Shown here: positions 8,432 to 16,147 of the stretch, in pieces
How positions within the stretch are numbered: the stretch's first letter is position 1
How the letters are laid out: every line of letters starts with the position of its first letter
From: Acaryochloris marina MBIC11017
GTDB lineage: Bacteria; Cyanobacteriota; Cyanobacteriia; Thermosynechococcales; Thermosynechococcaceae
Direction: 5' to 3'
DNA length: 32,000 nt
Assembly (NCBI RefSeq): GCF_000018105.1
Contig: NC_009925.1
Coordinates: forward strand, 750,001 to 782,000
Made by a program: the position numbers and the translations under genes
The notes under the pieces: generated by a model
Databases searched by the model: none
What the model was told of the DNA's origin: nothing
Seen by the model: only the letters and a program-made list of their open reading frames with translations

Positions 8432-8758
8432 GGCTCGCATAAATTAGATACCGAGATATGGCTCAGATCTTGTTATCGGCAGGACAAAATTTACTAGTCA
8501 TCCAAAAATTTTCGTTTAATTCGATCTAGATCTCTTTTTCTTGAATGGGATTAGAGCGATGAGATCTAATGATTCAATTCATTAGCCATATCTTGATGTC
8601 AATCTAATTAGAATTCTGTATTTACCAATAAAAAAATCTTTCTATCTTGCAATAATTTTATCAGAAATCTTTTTCTACATCAATCTATATTTTTTATTTT
8701 ATCTAACTATTTTTCAGTAAACTTTTGCATGTTATAACCTCTTTCTAGGAGCGATAAG

Positions 8759-10135
8759 ATGGTTAGCCAGAAAATATTTTCGTTGGCACATCAAGTTAGT
8801 GAAATGGGCATCCCGTTTGATCGAGATGCCGCAGTATTGGCAGCCGCAAGCACAGATTTTGGTCACCTTATTCAGGGGCAGTCGCAGTTAGTCGTTCAAC
8901 CTCGACAGGGAGAAGATGTTGTGGCCTTGATGCAGAAGGCCAATCGATATCAGCTGCCGATCACTCTAAGGGGCAAAGGGTGTAGCCAAAATGGGCAGTC
9001 CATCAGTCCCAGGGGTATGACTTTAAATACGTCGCGACTAGATGATATTCGCTACTCTAAAGCGTTGCCGCAGCAGGTGACCTGTGGTGCAGGTACGACC
9101 TGGCGACAACTGGTTGCGATGCTGAAGCCCCATCAATGTCTACCTTGTATGATGCCGCTCAATCTCAATCTGACCATAGGGGGCACGCTATCGGCGGGAG
9201 GATTTGGGGCTAATAGTCATCGGTATGGTCCTGCGATCGCAAACGTAATCGCCCTAGAAGTGGTGACGGGTGCAGGAGAACGACTTTGGTGTACTCCTGA
9301 TAAACACCCAGATCTCTATGCTGCAGTTCTGGGGGGACAGGGGCGATGTGCGGTCATCCTTTCAGCAACTCTAGCCACCCGACCGATTAAACCTCAGATA
9401 CGCACCTATTTTCTGGTCTACGAAGATCTAGAAACCTGGATTAGGGACCAGCATCAGTTGTGCGATCGCATCGATTACCTAGAAGGATTTTGCTCTGCAA
9501 ATATGCAGGGCTTACAGAAAACGCCGACAGGTCGACGTCCTCTAGTGCAGTGGTTGTGGGGGCTACATGTCAGCGTAGAGTTTGATCCTGCAACGCCTCC
9601 CCAGCAAGAACAGGTATTAGCAGGCTTGAATTACCACAAGCTCCTCTATATCGAAGATGACGATACGGCTGACTATGCTGCTCGTTACGATCTACGATTT
9701 CAATCCATGCAGGCCAGCGGGGCTTGGCAGCAGCTTCATCCCTGGTTTGACTGTCTATTGCCCGTAAGTACTGCAACAGAGATCATCCCTCAAATTCTAG
9801 AGATTTTGCCCCCCTGCTTTGGCGATGGTCATCGCGTGCTGTGGGTTGCTGAACGACCAACCCCTCGTTTTCTAATGAAACCTGAACAAGCCTTTCTATT
9901 TGCCGTATTGCCGACAGGCATTCCCCTTTCGTTAAAGACTCAAGCATTGACGGCACTAGAACAAGCGCATCAGTTAGTGATAAAAGCAGGCGGCAAACGC
10001 TATTTATCCGGCTGGTTGGGAGAGATTACCCCTGACTTTTGGTCTCAACACTTTGGGCCTAATTGGCCAGCGTGGCAGCAGGCTAAAGCCACCTTCGACC
10101 CCAATCATGTCCTTTGCTCTAAGTTATTTCCCTAG
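8759..10135 (+). CDS. FAD-linked oxidase of the cytokinin dehydrogenase (CKX)-like / PCMH family
   Basis: 458 aa with an AGGAG site 9 nt upstream. FAD_binding_4-type motifs are LRGKGCSQNGQS, GAGTTW and IGGTLSAGGFG. CKX-like C-terminal motifs are IDYLEGF and LHPWFDCLLP. Confidence 0.75.
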   Translation: MVSQKIFSLAHQVSEMGIPFDRDAAVLAAASTDFGHLIQGQSQLVVQPRQGEDVVALMQKANRYQLPITLRGKGCSQNGQSISPRGMTLNTSRLDDIRYSKALPQQVTCGAGTTWRQLVAMLKPHQCLPCMMPLNLNLTIGGTLSAGGFGANSHRYGPAIANVIALEVVTGAGERLWCTPDKHPDLYAAVLGGQGRCAVILSATLATRPIKPQIRTYFLVYEDLETWIRDQHQLCDRIDYLEGFCSANMQGLQKTPTGRRPLVQWLWGLHVSVEFDPATPPQQEQVLAGLNYHKLLYIEDDDTADYAARYDLRFQSMQASGAWQQLHPWFDCLLPVSTATEIIPQILEILPPCFGDGHRVLWVAERPTPRFLMKPEQAFLFAVLPTGIPLSLKTQALTALEQAHQLVIKAGGKRYLSGWLGEITPDFWSQHFGPNWPAWQQAKATFDPNHVLCSKLFP

Positions 10136-10196
10136 CCAAGGCTTTTTCATAACACCACCCGCAAAAGAACCTCAGAGAATCTGGCGGGCAAATGAT

Positions 10197-10958
10197 ATGA
10201 ATGGAACAGACCCTTCCTCTTTTCCTAGCTCCATGTCAACGTCTCCTCCTTATGTGCTGCGTCCCGCCCAAGCCCAAGATAAATGGGCCATCCAACAAAT
10301 GCTTTGGCAATTCACCTGGGATGAGGGCATTGGGCTAGATGTGCGACTCTTTAGCTTTGCCTTTTTCCGTTTAGGGTTGGTGGGGCTGGCTTTGTGGTTA
10401 CAGATCTACTGGCGTCAATCGACAACGATGGTCGATGTGCAGTTTATTTTGGCCATCGCGAATGTGGCGACAGCAGGGCTGGGCTTGTACCTCGCCAGTC
10501 TGGTAATGGGTCAGTTGATAATGCGATTTTTTGGGGTTGTCTTTAACTGGTCTCGATTTCAGGTGATTGAGCAAGCAGGAACCCTAGCAGGCTGTGCACT
10601 ACTCAATGCCTATAGCAGCCATAGTGAGCTAGCCTATGTTTTTGTCCAATCTCAATTCCGTCATCAGGGGTGGGGGTCTCAAATCGTCCAAACCCTGATC
10701 CAGGAATCTGATAAAGATGTGTATCTTGCCTGTAAACCTCAGGTGGTGCCTTTTTATGAACGGCAAGGATTTACGGTGCAGTCCTGGCTCGATCTCCCTC
10801 CTGGTGTCAAACGCTGTTTCCGCATCTTCCGTCCCCATCCTCGGTTATGGGGATTTAAGTTGAACTTTATGCAATGTCCCATTGCACCGACAGCCATAGC
10901 ACCTGAATCAATTGCTGTGGAAACCCCTCACCTATCAGAATCTACCCCCCACTCATAA
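10197..10958 (+). CDS. GNAT family N-acetyltransferase with an internal pair of predicted TM helices
   Basis: The acetyl-CoA motif is VFVQSQFRHQGWGSQIVQTL, followed by FYERQGF. Hydrophobic segments FAFFRLGLVGLALWLQIYW and ILAIANVATAGLGLYLASLVMGQLIM sit between the N-terminal and core GNAT elements. I chose the ATG at 10197 (10233 is an alternative) because the ORF from 10053 overlaps the preceding gene. Confidence 0.7.
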   Translation: MNGTDPSSFPSSMSTSPPYVLRPAQAQDKWAIQQMLWQFTWDEGIGLDVRLFSFAFFRLGLVGLALWLQIYWRQSTTMVDVQFILAIANVATAGLGLYLASLVMGQLIMRFFGVVFNWSRFQVIEQAGTLAGCALLNAYSSHSELAYVFVQSQFRHQGWGSQIVQTLIQESDKDVYLACKPQVVPFYERQGFTVQSWLDLPPGVKRCFRIFRPHPRLWGFKLNFMQCPIAPTAIAPESIAVETPHLSESTPHS

Positions 10959-11022
10959 AGCGCTGCGAACAGGGTACGGTGATTACATACGCCTGAGCAA
11001 AGCAGAAAAGGGGACCAATCGG

Positions 11023-11955
11023 GTGCAGTTACAGCAAGTCATCATCGTCTATAAAGCTGGGGATACCCATAGCCAACGATGGGCAGAGAAATGTGCCCGT
11101 CAGTTAGAAGCCCAGGGCTGCCATATCTTGATGGGACCCAGTGGTCCAAAAGATAATCCCTATCCGGTTTTTCTAGCCTCTGCCACACAGGCCATTGACC
11201 TCGCTATTGTGCTGGGCGGAGATGGAACGGCTCTAGCCGCTGCTCGACATTTGGCTCCCGATGGGATTCCGATTTTGGCGGTCAATATTGGAGGGCATTT
11301 AGGATTCCTGACTGAACCCGCCGATCTATTTATGGATACGGAACAGGTATGGCAAAGAATTCTTGAAGATCGCTACGCCGTTCAACAGCGAATGATGCTA
11401 CGAGCCCGCGTCGCCGATCGCGATGTTGATCCAACGGATATCCCGGAAGAAGAACCGTTTTACACCGCCCTCAATGAAATGTGTATCAAGCCCGCTTCTG
11501 CTGATCGCATGATTACTTCAATTCTAGAGTTAGAAATTGATGGCGAAGTGGTGGATCAGTATCAAGGCGATGGATTATTAGTTGCTACACCTACGGGTTC
11601 CACCTGCTATACCGTCGCGGCTAGCGGACCGATTTTGCATCCGGGCATGGAAGCTATGGCGATCACGCCAATTTGCCCCTTGAGTTTATCCAGTCGGCCC
11701 ATTGTATTGCCGCCAGGATCACGGGTGAGTGTCTGGCCCCTTGCGGATCGGGAACTGGCGACCAAGTTATGGATGGATGGGGTCCTGTGTACTTCAATTT
11801 GGCCGGGACAGCGAGTGGATATCTGGATGGCCAAATACCGGGCCAGGTTTGTATTACTGCGGGAAAATTATTCGTACTATCGCACTCTACGGGAGAAATT
11901 AGACTGGGCAGGTGCACGAATACAGTACAATAACAATCATCGCATTACAAATTGA
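11023..11955 (+). CDS. nadK: NAD+ kinase
   Basis: Motifs are VLGGDGTALAAAR, NIGGHLGFLTE and GDGLLVATPTGSTCYTVAASGPI. The in-frame GTG at 11023 gives (M)QLQQVIIVYKAGD, preceded by AAAGGGGA. The TTG at 10912 would overlap the upstream GNAT gene. Confidence 0.88.
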   Translation: MQLQQVIIVYKAGDTHSQRWAEKCARQLEAQGCHILMGPSGPKDNPYPVFLASATQAIDLAIVLGGDGTALAAARHLAPDGIPILAVNIGGHLGFLTEPADLFMDTEQVWQRILEDRYAVQQRMMLRARVADRDVDPTDIPEEEPFYTALNEMCIKPASADRMITSILELEIDGEVVDQYQGDGLLVATPTGSTCYTVAASGPILHPGMEAMAITPICPLSLSSRPIVLPPGSRVSVWPLADRELATKLWMDGVLCTSIWPGQRVDIWMAKYRARFVLLRENYSYYRTLREKLDWAGARIQYNNNHRITN

Positions 11956-11978
11956 TATATATCTCATAAGAATTTAAT

Positions 11979-12164
11979 ATGGATTTATTTAGACCGTTAC
12001 TTTTAGTCATAATTCTTTTCTTCCTAACGGTGGTCATGTGTGCATTAGGTAGCCTAATCGCCGTTGCTAACCCTTTACTTTTCATTCTGGGAATCATGGG
12101 CGGTATGCTCGGAGCCCTGATGGTGATGGACTTTATTGATACCCACTGGCTTCATAAGTGGTAA
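11979..12164 (+). CDS. Small two-TM membrane protein (hypothetical)
   Basis: 61 aa with two clear hydrophobic helices. Its stop codon TAA directly abuts the GTG start of nfi. Confidence 0.45.
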   Translation: MDLFRPLLLVIILFFLTVVMCALGSLIAVANPLLFILGIMGGMLGALMVMDFIDTHWLHKW

Positions 12165-12854
12165 GTGCAAGTTCCTAAGATTGAGAATTGGCCCCAAACG
12201 GCTCAAGACGCTATTCAACTCCAAAAACAACTTTGTTCCCAGGTCATCCCCACCGACGACTTTAATGAAGTGCGCTTTGTCGCGGGAGTGGATGTAGGTT
12301 TTGAAAACCAAGGTAAAACGACTCGCGCTGCGATCGCAGTTCTGACTTGGCCTGAGCTAAAACTGCACGAAACGACGATTGCTCGCCAACCCACTAAGTT
12401 TCCCTACATTCCAGGCTTGCTATCGTTTCGAGAAATTCCAACGGTTTTAGCAGCTTTAGCCCAAATTCAAACCACCCCAGATCTCCTGCTTTGTGATGGT
12501 CAGGGGCTTGCCCATCCCCGACGTTTTGGGATTGCCTGCCATTTAGGCGTGCTGGCGGATCTACCGGCGATTGGTGTAGCCAAATCACGTTTGGTGGGAA
12601 AGCACGAGCCTGTAGATCAAACCCGAGGGAATTGGCAGCCTCTAATCGATAAGGACGAACGGATTGGGGCAGTCCTCCGCACTCGCCCTAATACAAAGCC
12701 CCTGTACATTTCTTTGGGACATCGAATTAGTTTAGACAGTGCCATTGAGTATGTAATGAGCTGTACCACCCGCTATCGGCTACCGGAGACTACCCGTTGG
12801 GCCGACAAGTTAGCGTCTTCCAAAATCCCCCCCAACCCTGAAAAGAGGAGTTGA
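12165..12854 (+). CDS. nfi: Endonuclease V (deoxyinosine 3' endonuclease)
   Basis: Motifs are VAGVDVGFE, PGLLSFREIP, CDGQGLAHPRRFGIACHLGV, IGVAKS and SLGHRISL. It has a GTG start. Confidence 0.88.
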   Translation: MQVPKIENWPQTAQDAIQLQKQLCSQVIPTDDFNEVRFVAGVDVGFENQGKTTRAAIAVLTWPELKLHETTIARQPTKFPYIPGLLSFREIPTVLAALAQIQTTPDLLLCDGQGLAHPRRFGIACHLGVLADLPAIGVAKSRLVGKHEPVDQTRGNWQPLIDKDERIGAVLRTRPNTKPLYISLGHRISLDSAIEYVMSCTTRYRLPETTRWADKLASSKIPPNPEKRS

Positions 12855-13105
12855 AATCTCCGAGCTGAGCGAAGTCGTAGTCTTTGACTCCAGGTGTATT
12901 CCAGATTTAAGCAACGTTTGTCAGAATTAATGTCCAGGCATCAGAATCCTGCAATCTTTTTTACCTAGACTATAGGATTCATACGCTAAGAATGTGTGTA
13001 GAGAGAAGTACTAACTGCTAAAGTGTCACACATCTATCCAGATAAGGCATATTATCCAATATATGAATCGAATTTCTTTGAAATGGATGTTATCTGTCAA
13101 CGAGC

Positions 13106-13411
13106 ATGAGTCTAAGCAGTCACGCTAACGTCTACAACACTTGCCTCCGTATCCTCCGTGAACGTGGCTTCGAGTTGCGAGTCGATGGAGACTTGACAGA
13201 TGACGGGGCGGTTCCGGCCGACCATTTCTGGTTCGCAACGAATAACGAGGTTCAACTTACCGCTGATAATCCAATTGAACTACTTGGACTGGCGGCAATT
13301 TATGATCGCAAGAAACCAGTGGCCGACGAACCGTACTGGTGGGTAGTTGAAGGTAATGATATCTGGGATGAGCTATATGAAAACGCATGGGGGCCTTTTG
13401 GTGATGACTAA
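13106..13411 (+). CDS. Hypothetical small acidic protein (orphan)
   Basis: 101-aa ORF, Asp/Glu/Trp-rich, with no motif I recognise. Its codon usage looks richer in CGN/CCG than neighbouring genes. Confidence 0.45.
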   Translation: MSLSSHANVYNTCLRILRERGFELRVDGDLTDDGAVPADHFWFATNNEVQLTADNPIELLGLAAIYDRKKPVADEPYWWVVEGNDIWDELYENAWGPFGDD

Positions 13412-13644
13412 CTCACCTTGTATTCGAGGTGGTGCAGCCTGATCATGAGTGTGTTGTCACTCAACACAACGGTGCTGTACACGATGTCATATCGGACAAC
13501 TGTGAACATTTTGACATGCCGTGACATCCTTATCACAGCGGATAGATGACAACCTTATGCACTGAAACTGCCACCCGATCGTGTTCACATGGAGCATCCC
13601 TCACGGCGGCCCGGTGATGCTGATCGTTATGTATTGAGCCGAGC

Positions 13645-14019
13645 ATGCATGTTTTCTCAACAGTAAAACCCCAACCTCAGTTAGCAGACCCTTCAGATGA
13701 AAGGGATTTAGAGGCATTAGGATTAGAGATTTTGACTAATTCTGATGAGGTTATATTAGTCTTGCTGATTAGATACTACAGCCTAGATCCGGTCAACGTT
13801 GAAGGTGATAATTTGTTCTACAGTCTTGAAGAACTAATTGATACTACTGAGAACTACTACGGGATTCCTCGGGATAAGTGGAGGCTGTCTTCGGAAACAG
13901 AAAGTGGAGAGTTGGGTGTAAAAGTAATGGAAGCAGCGAGAAAAATATATCCTTGTGACAGTGGGTCCATCAGATTTTTCCCGACTGACGACGAATACTT
14001 TTCCAATAGTGAGAAGTGA
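13645..14019 (+). CDS. Hypothetical small acidic protein (orphan)
   Basis: 124-aa ORF that is acidic and has no recognisable motif. It is AT-richer than ORF 13106. Confidence 0.45.
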   Translation: MHVFSTVKPQPQLADPSDERDLEALGLEILTNSDEVILVLLIRYYSLDPVNVEGDNLFYSLEELIDTTENYYGIPRDKWRLSSETESGELGVKVMEAARKIYPCDSGSIRFFPTDDEYFSNSEK

Positions 14020-14311
14020 TTGTCTTAACTTCGCTAATTTTTCGTGCTACGTTCGAATTCCTGACCGCCTCACCCCGACCCTCGCAAACCATATACAACA
14101 TTAAAGCTGGACAACGATTCCAATAATTCTGGAATGTACACCAGGGATTTGAAGTTGGTACTGTATTTTCAGGTACGTCCCCAGGTTAAATATTGCCGTT
14201 GATTTGGCTGATCCGAGGGACTCTATACCCGTTAAGCTATTGAATATTAAGCCCGTTTCCTCCTTGATGTGATTTGACGGTAGGGGAGGATGAATCGTTA
14301 GAGCGATACCC

Positions 14312-15409
14312 ATGTCTGCCAAGCACCCCTCCAAGCCCAATTTGGGTCGTCTAGAGAAAGTCGATGTCACCCAATATTGGCAGTCCGCCACTGAGGATTT
14401 TGCGCCTTGGCTATGCCAGGAGGAGAATATGCAGCTTTTAGGTGAAGCCATTGGTCTTTCTTTGGAAGTGGTTTTAGATGCGCAGCAAATGTGCGATCGC
14501 CAAGGGGATTTGCTCTGTCGGCAGGCGGGCACCAAAAACTGGATTTTAATTGGCAGTCAGCTTTGCCCCACCGATGAGCAGCATTTCGGGCAGCTACTGA
14601 CGGAAGGGGCTGATATTAGTGCAGCAGGCATTATTTGGATTGCCAGTCAGTTTTCGGCAGAACATCTCAAACTGCTCAACTGGCTCAATCAACATGCCCA
14701 ACCCTCCCTGCAATTTTGGGGCGTAGAAATCGAGCTATGGCAAATTGGCAAAACCGCAATGGCTGCCCAGTTTAATCTGGTCTCACCAGCTGAAGAATCG
14801 ACTGAAGATGCCCCAGATGACCCCACCGAGTTGGATCTAGAGAGTCAGCTCGAACAACAAGCCGAAGCATTGCCTGATCCTGAGCCAGAGCAGGAGGAGC
14901 CAGAACCGGAGCCATTAACAGCAGAACAAGAACAGCATGTCGCGTTTTGGTCGGAACTCTGCGATCAGCTAGAACAACGGGGCAGTGTGGTCAAAGCCGT
15001 TGCTCCACCTCCGGATGATCATATTGATTTTGCCATTGGAAGAGCGGGATTTTTGCTCTCTGCCCATTTGAATCGAGAGCATACATCTCTAGCCATTGAG
15101 CTGCGGTTATTTGATGAAGATGCCCAAGCCCATTACGAGTTACTCGCCGCGCAACAGGAACAGATTGAATCCGAACTGGGATTTGCCCTGAACTGGGAGA
15201 ATCTGGTTTCCGAATGTGTAATCTACTGCCCTCTCCCCGAGACGGATATCAATGCCACAGACCAATGGCCCGACTATATTGATTGGCTGTGTGGCGGGTT
15301 GGAATGTTTTCATCTCACCTTTGCCGATCTGGTGCAGTCTCTAAATGCCGATGACTATCATCGAGGACACCACCATCCAGTCCCTGATGTATTGAGTTTG
15401 CCAAGTTGA
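14312..15409 (+). CDS. NucS/PD-(D/E)xK-like N-terminal domain plus DUF4268 C-terminal domain protein
   Basis: The N-terminus reads LGRLEKVDVTQYW..EDFAPWL..ENMQLLGEAIGLSLE...GDLLC...WILIGSQLCPTDEQHFGQLLT...IIWIASQFSAEHLKLLNWLN...FWGVEIELWQIG. This matches the conserved layout of the DUF4268-associated nuclease-like family. A PE-rich acidic linker and FWSEL.. (DUF4268-like) follow. Confidence 0.7.
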   Translation: MSAKHPSKPNLGRLEKVDVTQYWQSATEDFAPWLCQEENMQLLGEAIGLSLEVVLDAQQMCDRQGDLLCRQAGTKNWILIGSQLCPTDEQHFGQLLTEGADISAAGIIWIASQFSAEHLKLLNWLNQHAQPSLQFWGVEIELWQIGKTAMAAQFNLVSPAEESTEDAPDDPTELDLESQLEQQAEALPDPEPEQEEPEPEPLTAEQEQHVAFWSELCDQLEQRGSVVKAVAPPPDDHIDFAIGRAGFLLSAHLNREHTSLAIELRLFDEDAQAHYELLAAQQEQIESELGFALNWENLVSECVIYCPLPETDINATDQWPDYIDWLCGGLECFHLTFADLVQSLNADDYHRGHHHPVPDVLSLPS

Positions 15410-15486
15410 GATAAATATTTTATGCAATCATCAGCTATTCTGCTTCATGATTTTATGAAGGACTTTTTTGCATAGAAGGTTGAGGT

Positions 15487-16056
15487 ATGACGGCAGAGGA
15501 ACTGATGGAGCGATATGCTTCTGGAGAGAGAGATTTCACTGGCATTGAACTCCAATATGTCCGATTGAATAGAGTCGTTTTGAGTGGTGCCAACTTCAAT
15601 GGAGCTAATTTGAGAGGAATCTTTCTCGTCGATTCTGATCTGGCAGGATCGACCCTGAGACAGGCAAACTTAGTAGATTCAACATTGACCAACGTAAACT
15701 TCCAAAATGCTGATCTGACAGAAGCCGATTTATCTTGTGCCGATTTGGATCACTCCATTTTAAGGGAGGCAACCTTGGTTGGTGCTCAAATTTACCAAGC
15801 CTCTTTAAGAGGAGCCTGTCTCGCTTATGCCAACTTGAGAGGGGCTGATATGGGACAAGCTGGAGTGGATGGGGCTGACTTTACTCATGCAGATTTGCGA
15901 GATGCTTTTCTCAAAGAAGTTGCCTTTGAAGCTGACCTCTCATATGCCGATTTCAGAGGAGCTGAAACTTGGGATAATATCGAAGCTATCTTCACACCGG
16001 GCATTCTCTGTAACACCTTATTGCCTGACGGGCGTATCAGAAATGATGACTGTTGA
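15487..16056 (+). CDS. Pentapeptide-repeat protein
   Basis: It has continuous A(D/N)LXX repeats, for example ANFNGANLRGIFLVDSDLAGSTLRQANLVDSTLTNVNFQNADLTEADLSCADL. Confidence 0.88.
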   Translation: MTAEELMERYASGERDFTGIELQYVRLNRVVLSGANFNGANLRGIFLVDSDLAGSTLRQANLVDSTLTNVNFQNADLTEADLSCADLDHSILREATLVGAQIYQASLRGACLAYANLRGADMGQAGVDGADFTHADLRDAFLKEVAFEADLSYADFRGAETWDNIEAIFTPGILCNTLLPDGRIRNDDC

Positions 16057-16101
16057 TTGCCATCGTGCAAAAGACAGGCAATAAGAAAATGCTACAAACC
16101 C

Positions 16102-16147
16102 CCGATTTTACTGGAAGTTTGGCAGCACCCTCCAAATCGGCTTTTTT
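16102..16147 (+). terminator. Probable intrinsic terminator after the pentapeptide-repeat gene
   Basis: CCGATTT (16102-16108) pairs with AAATCGG (16134-16140), with an extra GGA/TCC extension. It is followed by CTTTTTT. Confidence 0.45.

Noticed and set aside
14051-14061. GTTCGAATTCC, reminiscent of a tRNA T-loop (GGTTCGAATCC), which could mark a tRNA gene or an integration-site remnant
   Set aside because: The flanking bases cannot form a T-stem or an acceptor stem, and no cloverleaf can be drawn. It is probably a chance similarity.
14101-14535. 144-aa minus-strand ORF overlapping the start of the DUF4268 gene
   Set aside because: It is antisense to a gene with a strong family signature. 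Its own sequence is Ser/Cys/Trp-rich with no motif, and half of it lies in non-coding DNA. It is most likely a shadow ORF.
15421-15474. Nested inverted repeats (TATGCAA...TTGCATA enclosing CTTCAT-gatttt-ATGAAG followed by T6) between the DUF4268 and pentapeptide genes
   Set aside because: The stems are short and AT-rich, so this would be a weak terminator. I could not distinguish it from chance symmetry in an AT-rich spacer, so it is not reported as a feature.
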